In this document: in pieces, positions 22,460 through 32,787 of the stretch
How positions within the stretch are numbered: position 1 is the stretch's first letter
Layout of the letters: each line of letters starts with the position of its first letter
From: TPA_inf: Saccharomyces
Lineage: Eukaryota
DNA: 64,000 nt
Assembly (NCBI GenBank): GCA_000146045.2
Contig: BK006947.3
Location: forward strand, 224,001-288,000
Direction: 5' to 3'
The notes under the pieces: generated by a model
Told to the model about the DNA's origin: nothing
What the model saw: only the letters and a program-made list of their open reading frames with translations
Database searches by the model: none
Program-made: the position numbers and the translations under genes

Positions 22460-23104
22460 TTATTGTTTCGAGCCCAAATGCTTCAAAATGTATAGTTTGT
22501 TGGTGTTTTTCTTTTCAGGTGTACTGTTGTTAGGCTTGAAAGGTTTAAAAGTGCGAACATTCCTTGCTATTAATTCAGGTGAATTTGAGTTGGACCCAAG
22601 TATAATCTTTCTGCTAGTAACAATTTGATTGGATACAAAATCGGCATCCTCTTTTCTTTGATACATTTCTTTTATCCGTTCTCCTCTTCTTTTCCATCTC
22701 TCGTAGGTGTTATTGTTTTCCTCATCAGTACGCTTCCAGTTGGACTTCAAAATTCTTCGAACAGCCTCGGGAGAAATTTTGAACCGGTCTGCAAGATCAG
22801 ATGCTGTCAGTTCAGGAAAGTTGAATTTCAATAGTCTTAGAGCCTCCATTTGTTCCTGTGATATCTTTTTTGGTGGGTTCCACCTCTGGCCTTGCAATTT
22901 TTTTCTAACTGCCATTTTCTGCTTCTTCCACTCAGGAATGTCTTTCGTACCATCTCGTACTTTTTCTGTAAACTCTTTATTGGACAAACTCGATTTATTG
23001 ACTAATTTAATAATCTTTTTGGATGACCATCCCCTGTTCTCATTGAGTAATGGACCGCAGCGCAGGCAATGAAAAGAACGACATGCTATTCGCAGAATGT
23101 TCAT
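22460..23104 (-). CDS. RRG9: Mitochondrial protein Rrg9 (214 aa)
   Basis: 214-aa basic protein with an N-terminal mitochondrial-presequence-like region ([20 protein letters not shown]). Confidence 0.7.
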
Positions 23105-23460
23105 GCCAAGTGCTAACCAAATGATTCAGAAGGAAGTCGAAGGGAATACGTAGTGCCTTGTTAAATAGCTTACCGTGATATGAACAGTATACGATCGACT
23201 CTCCTTGGAGACTTTCTACACCATTGGTGATTGGTGTTTTAGTTCTACCATCATTTCATATTTACTAGCTTTATGATCATTTTAGACGACTGTGGGAATG
23301 TTGTTATTTTTACTAATCACTTTTACTTAGTAATGTCCCTTAAGGACAGCACTGAAAGCAAAGTAGTCAAGCACTTCATTCGAACTTGATTAGTAGAAAC
23401 AAACTTCATTCTTTCTTTACGTATCCAGTCCAATAATATCTGCAGTAGTTATAGTGACTG

Positions 23461-25809
23461 ATGAACATTTTGAAGAAGTTTATGGAGTCTGGTAACAAGC
23501 CAGAGCTCATCACGATACCTTCTGGGCAGTTTAATCTTTTGAGGTCTAAGAATTCCCCTAAAGCTGCTTTAGAATGTATTTACAACAATGCAACTTTAAG
23601 CGTACGTAAAATAGGCAAATTTGATTATGAGTTGGCGGTTTATAGGGTAGAGGACGATAGTGAAGGAGGCACGGGAGATGAGGCTGAGAATTTTGAAGAC
23701 GACACCATCAGTGTTTTATCCACACAGTCTAAAAAGAAAGAAGAGGAGTGGAGCGTTGAAATATCGGATAAAATCATGTTTCACAAAACATGGGATAAAC
23801 AAGGAAACGTGGCGCTTGTGTGGGAGAACTTAAGAGGTGATGAACAAGATGAAAAGGTTCAATTTGTTGTTGCCGCTGATGTGTCGTTTTCTGATGTTGA
23901 ACAGTTTATCCAAACTGTTTACCGATGCCAATTCGAAGTAAGGAATAAAAAATCCTCTCTCACTGCCTCAGCAGATGACTTAAAGGAAATAGAGCATAGA
24001 TCAACCAGGCTCTTTGTTCAAGATGATGATGACGAGTTAGATTCAAGCTCAGATGACTTTCAAGATGCTAAAGACACCTCTTTTGAGCACGAGAAGGAAA
24101 GTGAAATATTGGAAAGAACTCCTTCTCCATTGAAAAAAGTTCCAGAAGGGGAATATTGTTGTTTAGTGATGTCTAGCCTATACATGTATGATCCAATTCA
24201 AGAAAAATTTATTCTGCAGGAGCCCGTGGTAAAGGTAGCAATTATTGATACAGGCAAGTACGAATTTTGGCTAGCGATAGAAGGTAAAGATAATCGTCTT
24301 GGGACTCAGGTCGCCCCAAATATCAATCCTACCTTTGAATTAGCTACCGATGCCTTTCTTTTCAACTATACGCTACAAAACATTACATTGTCTTATATGT
24401 TAAAATTTAAGGACTTAGATAAGTGTATTCAATTCAGGTTTGCTTGGGTTAAATGTTTATGGATGACTTTGAACAAAGAAACGTGGACCGACGTTCCTGA
24501 AAAGGAGAAAGATTATATTTTAGATTCATCATCCGTGCCATTGGAAAAGCAATTTGATGACATTTTACACATAGATGACAGATCAAATGAGGAAAGAGAT
24601 AAAGAATCAAGCGAAAGTGAAAATGATAGCGAAGATGAGGATGACGAAAACGATCACTCCAAAAGAATCATTTCATCTGAAGCCTTTGAAGAACCTAGGC
24701 GTGCGACTTCCAAAGGTAATAGTTCATTGACTGTCGCCTTTAGGAACAACAGGTCATATGTTACAAGAGATAACAGAATTGGTGTGTTCAAAACGGATGA
24801 TGAAGACGATTCTCTAGAATTTGTAGCTGCCATAAAGAATATTTCTAATTTAGGTGGTAAAAGCATTGATCCTCATAAGCCAATGTTGTATATGGAAGAT
24901 CGTAATTTAATTTTGACTGATGGCGAAAATGAGAACAAACTTTATAAGATGGATATAGAAAGAGGAAAGGTGATTGAAGAATGGTCTACTGGTGACAAGA
25001 ATGTTGTTCAATATGGTCCAACCAAAAAATTCGATCAAATGACGCCTGAACAAACAATTGTTGGCGTTTCACAGAAAGGTGTCTTTAAAATTGATCCTAG
25101 AATTAACGGAAAAAATAAAATAGCCGTCGATGAATCAAAAGATTACGTGGGTAAATATAACTTTAGCTCTATTGGAACAACAGAGAGTGGTTATATTGCT
25201 ATTGGGTCAGAAAAAGGTGACATAAAACTATATGATAGGCTCGGTATTAGGGCAAAAACTGCTATACCTTCACTAGGCCAAGCAATCAAGTTTATTACTA
25301 CCTCTGCTGACGGTAAATGGTTATTGGCGACTTGCGAGAGTACTCTGCTTCTTATGGATTTGAAAATTAAGGATGGAAAAAATGCTGGCAACATTGGATT
25401 TCTGAAGTCGTTCCCAGCCAGTGAAAATGTTAAAACATATGTATTAAAAATACGACCAGAACATTCGGCATCAATCTTAACGTACACAAAAAAACCAATC
25501 CGATTTACGAAGGCTTATTTTAATACCGGTATAGGCCAGCAAGAACAAACTATTGTTACATCGACGGGTCCTTATGCGATTTCTTGGTCATTAAAGGGCA
25601 TTTTAAATCAAGATGGTAGTAATAATTATCCTTACAGAATCCGTAGGTACAATGCTGATGTTGTTGCTGATAATTTTGAATTTGGTTCAGACAAAAAGGT
25701 TATCGTTGCCTTGAAAGACGATGTCTCTCTATCGAAAGTGAAATCCTTTAAACAGCCAAGCAAAGGAGTCTTGATGCCAAGTGCTTCCCTCCAAGATTTT
25801 TATGGCTAA
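23461..25809 (+). CDS. VID27: Vid27 (782 aa), a WD/beta-propeller-containing cytoplasmic protein
   Basis: 782-aa ORF (MNILKKFMESGNKPELITIPSG...). Length and sequence match my memory of YNL212W. Confidence 0.8.
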   Translation: MNILKKFMESGNKPELITIPSGQFNLLRSKNSPKAALECIYNNATLSVRKIGKFDYELAVYRVEDDSEGGTGDEAENFEDDTISVLSTQSKKKEEEWSVEISDKIMFHKTWDKQGNVALVWENLRGDEQDEKVQFVVAADVSFSDVEQFIQTVYRCQFEVRNKKSSLTASADDLKEIEHRSTRLFVQDDDDELDSSSDDFQDAKDTSFEHEKESEILERTPSPLKKVPEGEYCCLVMSSLYMYDPIQEKFILQEPVVKVAIIDTGKYEFWLAIEGKDNRLGTQVAPNINPTFELATDAFLFNYTLQNITLSYMLKFKDLDKCIQFRFAWVKCLWMTLNKETWTDVPEKEKDYILDSSSVPLEKQFDDILHIDDRSNEERDKESSESENDSEDEDDENDHSKRIISSEAFEEPRRATSKGNSSLTVAFRNNRSYVTRDNRIGVFKTDDEDDSLEFVAAIKNISNLGGKSIDPHKPMLYMEDRNLILTDGENENKLYKMDIERGKVIEEWSTGDKNVVQYGPTKKFDQMTPEQTIVGVSQKGVFKIDPRINGKNKIAVDESKDYVGKYNFSSIGTTESGYIAIGSEKGDIKLYDRLGIRAKTAIPSLGQAIKFITTSADGKWLLATCESTLLLMDLKIKDGKNAGNIGFLKSFPASENVKTYVLKIRPEHSASILTYTKKPIRFTKAYFNTGIGQQEQTIVTSTGPYAISWSLKGILNQDGSNNYPYRIRRYNADVVADNFEFGSDKKVIVALKDDVSLSKVKSFKQPSKGVLMPSASLQDFYG

Positions 25810-26054
25810 TTCTTATTTTCAAGGTTTTAAAGTTGTATTCCGAGTGTATTATATAGTTGTTTCCCTTCCGGAAGTTGTGTAATATATAGTTTTGAATATA
25901 TATAATGGTGTTAAATAGAAATGCCAAATAGTACGTAGTAATATTATTTAAATTGCATGCGTTTTTTTCGTTTTAAAAAGAGATTTTAGTGTGAAATGCA
26001 GTCAAAAGGTACTTTTGTCTGTTTTATAGTACTTGTACATCAGACAAGGATGAA

Positions 26055-26315
26055 TTAATCTTTTTTAAAGCGGTCTCCTAGTCTCCTTCTGAACCCAAAA
26101 GTAGATCTCATTTCATCCCAAAATAAAAGCCTTAAAGCCTTAAATTTCTGTCGTGGAGTTGGCTTATAAAGATATTGAAAAGCAGTTGATTGGTCAGTGA
26201 AAGGATCTTCTTTAATACCATTTACTTTCCTATATACCTTGCGTACAAATCTATGGAAACCTGGACTACTCAGTAACTTGTAGTAAAACCATTCTTCTAT
26301 ACTTCTTGGAGGCAT
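26055..26315 (-). CDS. MRX7: Small mitochondrial protein YNL211C/Mrx7 (86 aa)
   Basis: 86-aa ORF with a basic C-terminal half, matching the expected position of YNL211C. Small-ORF calls are inherently less certain. Confidence 0.55.
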   Translation of the reverse strand: MPPRSIEEWFYYKLLSSPGFHRFVRKVYRKVNGIKEDPFTDQSTAFQYLYKPTPRQKFKALRLLFWDEMRSTFGFRRRLGDRFKKD

Positions 26316-26818
26316 GCTTAAACTGATGTGATAAACATATTCTTGTTGGTAACAGAGTGTTCGTTCAATCTTTTTAAGATATTTTGTTTCCTAATTTCTT
26401 CACATTTTTGAATTACTGTTTTTCTTAATTTCATAACGGGTTCTTTTCAAAAAACCGTAAAAATTTGAGGTCACACCAACTAAATACAAATTGTTTCATC
26501 ACGGTGACTATATCAAGAACTTCGTAAGGAAACATTTAGAAAACTCAATATAGTAAAGTTTCATCAGCAATCTTATCTGAGTAATATTATCTACGATCTA
26601 AATATAGGATGATCTGCCGATTTAGGAATCGTACTGTAGATTGCTCTTGGCGACAGATATAGTGAAATACCTTTTACAAAGTGGATACAGGTTGCCTATC
26701 ACTACCGCCATTTCACTAGCAAGTAGAGTATTGAGAAAACGGTAAACTTTGAAAGTTGCAGATGCAGAATATATATCTGGTTTTGTAGTTCTATCCGCTA
26801 AACGGGACGATCGCATTT

Positions 26819-26828
26819 TAGCCGCCGA
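26819..26828 (+). promoter_or_regulatory. URS1 (Ume6-binding site, TAGCCGCCGA) about 100 bp upstream of MER1
   Basis: Exact 10/10 match to the URS1 core of early meiotic gene promoters. MER1 is a meiosis-specific early gene. Confidence 0.55.
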
Positions 26829-26930
26829 CAGTGTTAATATAAGTAATGAACTTGGGTTAATTTGATTACGCGTCACAGCTACTAATAAAATAAGACCGAG
26901 AGTTTTAATCAGCTAGTGCATACCAAAACA

Positions 26931-27743
26931 ATGAGTAACCAACACAGCCCTCAGCCATTTTGTTTGGACACCAAATTGGTGAAACTATTAGAAGAGCTCC
27001 AGGAGGGAAAGCAATTCAACAATAAAAACATATTCCCGGAAAAAGCATTATATTTGAAGCTCGCTCTTGATTATTCTTTCTTCAGAAAGAATTTACTAGA
27101 GTTTTGCGTCCACCTTGACAAGATAAAAGGAGTCATTAGACCAAACTATGACACTATATATATTTTGTGCCTGTTGGAGGTGGATCTCCTCAATCTGGTA
27201 TTTACCGACAATATATTGGAAATATGTTTGCCCAGGTTTGTTTCAAGGGAGGACTTGAGGGTTTTTAATAATACTTTTTACACATATCACGATAACCGCC
27301 TACGTATTCTCCAAGAAGACTTTTCTCAATTGTTCAAAAAAATCAAAACTAAGGCTTCTGTACTATGTTTTACAGTTGAGGAAATTTTTCTGACAAACCA
27401 AGAAATTTTACCTCAAAACTCAACAGTGGCAGAACTGCAAAAGAGCACTAATAAAGTACAGACAAATGGGCCGCAACGGCACGATTTCATAGTCACTCTA
27501 GAAATAAAACTGAACAAAACACAAATCACTTTCCTCATTGGAGCTAAAGGAACGAGAATTGAAAGCTTGAGGGAAAAATCAGGCGCCAGCATAAAAATAA
27601 TACCTATTAGTGATAAAATGACTGCACATGAAAGGAACCACCCTGAATCTGTTCAACAAACAATACTAATTTCGGGTGACTTATACTCAATTGCATTAGC
27701 CGTCACCAGTATAGAGTCTGCATTAATTACTTTGGATTTATAG
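26931..27743 (+). CDS. MER1: Meiosis-specific KH-domain splicing regulator Mer1 (270 aa)
   Basis: MSNQHSPQPFCLDTKL..., with a C-terminal KH domain (FLIGAKGTRIESLREKSGASIKIIP). The track ORF starts at a GTG 5 codons upstream. Confidence 0.85.
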   Translation: MSNQHSPQPFCLDTKLVKLLEELQEGKQFNNKNIFPEKALYLKLALDYSFFRKNLLEFCVHLDKIKGVIRPNYDTIYILCLLEVDLLNLVFTDNILEICLPRFVSREDLRVFNNTFYTYHDNRLRILQEDFSQLFKKIKTKASVLCFTVEEIFLTNQEILPQNSTVAELQKSTNKVQTNGPQRHDFIVTLEIKLNKTQITFLIGAKGTRIESLREKSGASIKIIPISDKMTAHERNHPESVQQTILISGDLYSIALAVTSIESALITLDL

Positions 27744-27910
27744 ATTATGCGGAAATGGTGTTGGAAGATACCAGATTGTAAGCTTATTTGATCGTTTCAA
27801 TGATGGCTTATACAAGATCACACTTAATTCGTATCATTCGAAACGGAAAAAGAAATGTGGATTTTCTTTTTCAATTTTTTTTTTTTTCATGATTTTTTTG
27901 GGCGACGCAG

Positions 27911-27932
27911 AGATGAGATAAAAAAATTTTTC
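27911..27932 (+). promoter_or_regulatory. PAC-like (GAGATGAGAT) and RRPE-like (AAAAAATTTTT) elements plus flanking poly(dT) tracts in the SSB2 promoter
   Basis: GATGAGAT is the core of the PAC motif and AAAAATTTT is the RRPE. A T15 tract lies at 27876-27890. SSB genes are co-regulated with the ribosome/ribosome-biogenesis regulon. Confidence 0.3.
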
Positions 27933-28058
27933 AACTGCTATTCTCAATCGAATTTTTTTTGTTATCCTCACCTATTTGTTACATAAATTTCGTTATTTTG
28001 CACTTGTTACCCATCGTTTTTTCTTTCAAGAAACCAAGAACCAATATCCTCATTAACA

Positions 28059-29900
28059 ATGGCTGAAGGTGTTTTCCAAGGTGCTATCGGTATCGATTTA
28101 GGTACAACATACTCTTGTGTTGCTACTTATGAATCTTCCGTTGAAATTATTGCCAACGAACAAGGTAACAGAGTTACTCCATCTTTCGTTGCCTTCACCC
28201 CACAGGAAAGATTGATCGGTGATGCTGCCAAGAACCAAGCTGCTTTGAACCCAAGAAACACTGTTTTTGATGCTAAGCGTTTGATTGGTAGAAGATTCGA
28301 CGACGAGTCTGTCCAAAAGGACATGAAGACCTGGCCTTTCAAGGTTATCGACGTCGATGGTAACCCAGTCATTGAAGTCCAATACTTGGAAGAAACCAAG
28401 ACTTTCTCCCCACAAGAAATTTCCGCTATGGTCTTGACCAAGATGAAGGAAATTGCTGAAGCTAAGATTGGTAAGAAGGTTGAAAAGGCTGTCATTACTG
28501 TCCCAGCTTACTTTAACGATGCCCAAAGACAAGCTACCAAGGATGCCGGTGCCATTTCTGGTTTGAACGTTTTGCGTATCATCAACGAACCTACTGCCGC
28601 TGCTATTGCTTACGGTCTAGGTGCTGGTAAGTCCGAAAAGGAAAGACATGTTTTGATTTTCGATTTGGGTGGTGGTACTTTCGATGTTTCCTTGTTGCAC
28701 ATTGCTGGTGGTGTTTACACTGTTAAATCTACTTCCGGTAACACTCACTTGGGTGGTCAAGATTTCGACACCAACTTGTTGGAACACTTCAAGGCTGAAT
28801 TCAAGAAGAAGACTGGTTTGGACATCTCCGACGATGCCAGAGCTTTGAGAAGATTGAGAACTGCTGCTGAAAGAGCTAAGAGAACCTTATCTTCTGTCAC
28901 TCAAACTACCGTTGAAGTTGACTCTTTGTTTGACGGTGAAGATTTCGAATCCTCTTTGACTAGAGCTAGATTTGAAGACTTGAACGCCGCATTGTTCAAG
29001 TCTACTTTGGAACCTGTTGAACAAGTTTTGAAGGATGCTAAGATCTCTAAGTCTCAAATCGACGAAGTTGTCTTGGTTGGTGGTTCTACCAGAATTCCAA
29101 AGGTCCAAAAGTTGTTGTCTGACTTCTTTGACGGTAAGCAATTGGAAAAATCTATTAACCCAGATGAAGCTGTTGCTTACGGTGCTGCTGTTCAAGGTGC
29201 TATCTTGACTGGCCAATCCACATCTGACGAAACCAAGGACTTGTTGTTGTTAGATGTTGCTCCATTATCTCTAGGTGTTGGTATGCAAGGTGACATTTTC
29301 GGTATTGTTGTCCCAAGAAACACAACTGTTCCAACCATCAAGAGAAGAACCTTCACAACTGTCAGTGACAACCAAACCACCGTTCAATTCCCAGTCTACC
29401 AAGGTGAACGTGTCAACTGTAAAGAAAACACTTTGTTGGGTGAATTCGACTTGAAGAACATCCCAATGATGCCAGCTGGTGAACCAGTCTTGGAAGCTAT
29501 CTTCGAAGTTGATGCTAACGGTATCTTGAAGGTTACTGCCGTCGAAAAGTCTACCGGTAAGTCTTCTAACATCACTATCTCCAACGCTGTCGGTAGATTG
29601 TCTTCTGAAGAAATTGAAAAGATGGTTAACCAAGCCGAAGAGTTCAAGGCTGCTGATGAAGCTTTTGCTAAGAAGCACGAAGCTAGACAAAGACTAGAAT
29701 CCTACGTCGCTTCCATCGAACAAACCGTCACTGACCCAGTCTTGTCTTCTAAATTGAAGAGAGGTTCCAAGTCCAAGATCGAAGCTGCTTTGTCCGATGC
29801 TTTGGCTGCTTTGCAAATCGAAGACCCATCCGCTGATGAGTTGAGAAAGGCAGAAGTTGGTTTGAAGAGAGTTGTCACCAAGGCCATGTCTTCTCGTTAA
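28059..29900 (+). CDS. SSB2: Ribosome-associated Hsp70 chaperone Ssb (613 aa)
   Basis: [25 protein letters not shown]... carries the Hsp70 signatures [16 protein letters not shown] and [10 protein letters not shown]. It shows very strong highly-expressed-gene codon bias. In this chromosomal context the gene is SSB2. Confidence 0.95.
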   Translation: MAEGVFQGAIGIDLGTTYSCVATYESSVEIIANEQGNRVTPSFVAFTPQERLIGDAAKNQAALNPRNTVFDAKRLIGRRFDDESVQKDMKTWPFKVIDVDGNPVIEVQYLEETKTFSPQEISAMVLTKMKEIAEAKIGKKVEKAVITVPAYFNDAQRQATKDAGAISGLNVLRIINEPTAAAIAYGLGAGKSEKERHVLIFDLGGGTFDVSLLHIAGGVYTVKSTSGNTHLGGQDFDTNLLEHFKAEFKKKTGLDISDDARALRRLRTAAERAKRTLSSVTQTTVEVDSLFDGEDFESSLTRARFEDLNAALFKSTLEPVEQVLKDAKISKSQIDEVVLVGGSTRIPKVQKLLSDFFDGKQLEKSINPDEAVAYGAAVQGAILTGQSTSDETKDLLLLDVAPLSLGVGMQGDIFGIVVPRNTTVPTIKRRTFTTVSDNQTTVQFPVYQGERVNCKENTLLGEFDLKNIPMMPAGEPVLEAIFEVDANGILKVTAVEKSTGKSSNITISNAVGRLSSEEIEKMVNQAEEFKAADEAFAKKHEARQRLESYVASIEQTVTDPVLSSKLKRGSKSKIEAALSDALAALQIEDPSADELRKAEVGLKRVVTKAMSSR

Positions 29901-30417
29901 GATGTCATTCTGGTTAAGGTTATACACATATATATATTTTTCATTTTTAATGTCTTAGCTTTTGTATCTTAGATGAAGTTTTAGTTCTGTATATCACGAT
30001 CAAGATATCATACAATCATAAATTCAATTATTCTTCTGTTTCCCCTCTTGAGGCATCAAACGAGTGTTTGACTGATACACACCAACATACTAAGGCAACT
30101 TTTCTGGCTGCCCAAAGCTGTGGCACGTATGAAACTGCTTTTCGGCTGCATAAAACAACCATGTGGAGTTTTTACTGTATTCGCATTTCGCCCCGCTAGC
30201 ATTCTTCGTTCATGCTAAAAATGAGGCGTGGGCTAATATTCAGTATTAATAATTCCGGCACCCGCACAGCCCATACCGGAAAAGGGGCTGGCTGTTGGGC
30301 TTGGCAAAAAACTCAATCTGAGCAGTCATTTATAAAGAAAGACTTTAATTTGTCTTGCTAAACACTTGTAAGCCTTCCAAATATAGATCACTTAAGACAA
30401 TCTAACAAGTGTCCAAA

Positions 30418-31017
30418 ATGTCTGCAAACGAATTCTACTCAAGTGGCCAACAAGGTCAATATAACCAGCAAAACAACCAAGAAAGAACTGGTGCTCCAAA
30501 CAACGGTCAATATGGTGCCGACAATGGTAACCCCAACGGTGAACGTGGTTTATTTTCCACTATTGTAGGTGGCAGTGCCGGTGCGTACGCTGGATCTAAG
30601 GTGTCGAACAACCATTCTAAGTTGAGTGGTGTGCTGGGCGCCATAGGTGGTGCATTCCTTGCCAACAAGATATCTGATGAGCGTAAAGAGCATAAGCAAC
30701 AAGAGCAATACGGCAACTCAAACTTCGGAGGTGCTCCTCAAGGTGGACACAACAACCATCACCGTCAGGACAATAACAACAATAACGGTGGATTTGGCGG
30801 TCCAGGCGGCCCTGGCGGTCAAGGTTTCGGAAGACAAGGCCCACAAGGATTTGGAGGTCCTGGTCCACAAGAGTTTGGTGGTCCAGGTGGCCAAGGATTC
30901 GGTGGTCCAAATCCTCAAGAATTCGGCGGGCCAGGTGGCCAAGGATTCGGTGGTCCAAACCCTCAGGAATTCGGGGGCCAAGGTCGTCAAGGATTCAATG
31001 GCGGTTCACGTTGGTGA
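30418..31017 (+). CDS. Low-complexity G/Q/N-rich protein YNL208W (199 aa)
   Basis: MSANEFYSSGQQGQYNQQNNQERTGAPNNGQYG... has a central hydrophobic GVLGAIGGAFLA segment and C-terminal tandem GGPGGQGFGGPNPQEF units. The track ORF starts at a GTG 3 codons upstream. Confidence 0.75.
   Translation: MSANEFYSSGQQGQYNQQNNQERTGAPNNGQYGADNGNPNGERGLFSTIVGGSAGAYAGSKVSNNHSKLSGVLGAIGGAFLANKISDERKEHKQQEQYGNSNFGGAPQGGHNNHHRQDNNNNNGGFGGPGGPGGQGFGRQGPQGFGGPGPQEFGGPGGQGFGGPNPQEFGGPGGQGFGGPNPQEFGGQGRQGFNGGSRW
30877..30972 (+). repeat. Two near-identical 48-bp tandem units encoding GGPGGQGFGGPNPQEF, preceded by degenerate copies from about 30790
   Basis: Direct tandem duplication visible at the nucleotide level (ggtggccaaggattcggtggtccaaa[t/c]cctca[a/g]gaattc). 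Confidence 0.8.
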
Positions 31018-31352
31018 ATGGCTCAACAGAGTGAGTGTCATTTTTAGCTAACTACATACTTGATTTATCTATATATACATATATACTACTCGTTTTATTA
31101 TGATGTCGTAACAAATGACTTATTCGAGAAAAGAAAACGTGAAAAAATAAGCTAAAAATTTGGCGATGAGGTTCTCTGTTGAAGTTGGAACCCGCAATTC
31201 ATGATTTTGGTAAGGTCAAGGATCATCAGTAATTAGCTTAAAGTAAGAACTACTCAATAATATTAAACCATTTATCCTTGGCTCGTCTTTCTATTGACCA
31301 ATCAATACTATTTTAAACATCTCTTCTACCACATACTTTCAATCAGACTAGA

Positions 31353-32630
31353 ATGAAATTGGATACTTCTCATATGAGATATTTGACAACTGATGATTTT
31401 CGTGTCCTCCAGGCCGTTGAACAAGGTTCTAGAAGTCACGAAGTCGTTCCAACTCCCTTGATTCATCAAATCTCGGGGATGAGATCGCAGTCCGGAACAA
31501 ACCGAGCCATTAGTGATTTGGCCAAGCTTAGCCTTATTTCCAAAATGAGAAATGTCAAATATGATGGTTACAGGCTAACTTATAACGGTATTGATTATTT
31601 GGCTTTGAAAACCATGTTAAACAGAGACACTGTCTATTCTGTCGGTAACACTATTGGTGTTGGTAAGGAATCTGACATCTATAAAGTAAGTGACAAAAAT
31701 GGAAACCCTAGAGTAATGAAAATTCACAGATTAGGTAGAACCTCTTTTCATTCCGTCAGAAATAATAGAGATTATCTGAAGAAATCCAACCAGGGGGCAA
31801 ACTGGATGCATCTTTCACGTTTGGCAGCCAATAAAGAATATCAGTTTATGTCCATGCTTTATTCTAAGGGTTTCAAGGTCCCTGAGCCATTCGATAACTC
31901 GCGTCATATAGTCGTTATGGAGCTTATCGAGGGTTACCCAATGAGGAGATTAAGAAAACATAAGAATATACCCAAGCTTTATAGTGATCTGATGTGTTTC
32001 ATCGTTGATCTAGCAAATAGCGGACTTATCCATTGTGATTTTAATGAGTTTAATATTATGATAAAGGACAAACTAGAGGATGAAAACGATTGTGGGTTCG
32101 TAGTTATTGATTTTCCACAATGTATATCTATTCAACACCAAGACGCCGACTATTATTTCCAAAGGGATGTTGACTGTATTCGTCGTTTCTTCAAAAAGAA
32201 ACTGAAGTACGAACCAAAACCTGATTCATCAATGCTCGACACTGAAGGTTTCGGCGATGGTTATAAATATGCGTATCCAGATTTCAAAAGGGACGTTAAA
32301 AGAACCGACAATTTGGATGAATTGGTGCAGGCTTCCGGATTTAGCAAAAAGCATCCAGGAGATAGGGGCCTGGAAACTGCCGTTGAAAGCATGAGAAATG
32401 CTGTTTATAATTCAGATGACGATATGTCTAATGACGAGGCCGAAGAAGAAAATGGGGAGGGCGATTATTCAGAGGAGGATGAATACTATGACTCCGAACT
32501 TGATAATGAAAGTTCTGAAGATGACAGTGAAGATGCACAAGAAGAGGAGAACGAACGTATTATAGAGGCGCTTTCCAGTGGTGTTGAAAATCTAAAAATG
32601 GATAAACTAGGAAACTATATACTAGAGTAG
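31353..32630 (+). CDS. RIO2: RIO-family atypical protein kinase Rio2 (425 aa), a 40S maturation factor
   Basis: N-terminal winged-helix region, then a RIO kinase domain (VGKESDIY...; HCDFNEFNIM catalytic region) and an acidic C-terminal tail. Confidence 0.9.
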   Translation: MKLDTSHMRYLTTDDFRVLQAVEQGSRSHEVVPTPLIHQISGMRSQSGTNRAISDLAKLSLISKMRNVKYDGYRLTYNGIDYLALKTMLNRDTVYSVGNTIGVGKESDIYKVSDKNGNPRVMKIHRLGRTSFHSVRNNRDYLKKSNQGANWMHLSRLAANKEYQFMSMLYSKGFKVPEPFDNSRHIVVMELIEGYPMRRLRKHKNIPKLYSDLMCFIVDLANSGLIHCDFNEFNIMIKDKLEDENDCGFVVIDFPQCISIQHQDADYYFQRDVDCIRRFFKKKLKYEPKPDSSMLDTEGFGDGYKYAYPDFKRDVKRTDNLDELVQASGFSKKHPGDRGLETAVESMRNAVYNSDDDMSNDEAEEENGEGDYSEEDEYYDSELDNESSEDDSEDAQEEENERIIEALSSGVENLKMDKLGNYILE

Positions 32631-32787
32631 TTTAGTTTAGACGACTGCATAAATGGCCGCAAATAATCAAGTTGTTATCCATAATTTTTTTGATTTTTAA
32701 GCCATGTTATTCTTCAGGATAAAAAAAGTGGTATTTATGAACTCTTACATATGCGTATTCATGCTATATTATAATATCGAATCTAAG

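Noticed and set aside
28098-29690. Long antisense ORFs inside SSB2 (28098..28532, 28127..28495, 29271..29690, 29396..29647, all minus)
   Set aside because: Artefacts of the extreme codon bias and low stop-codon frequency of a highly expressed Hsp70 gene. They have no independent start or promoter context.
30617-31051. Three overlapping alternative-frame ORFs (30617..30958 minus, 30647..31051 plus, 30718..30990 minus) inside YNL208W
   Set aside because: Produced by G/C-rich tandem repeats that lack stop codons in several frames. The recognisable protein is in the 30418..31017 frame.
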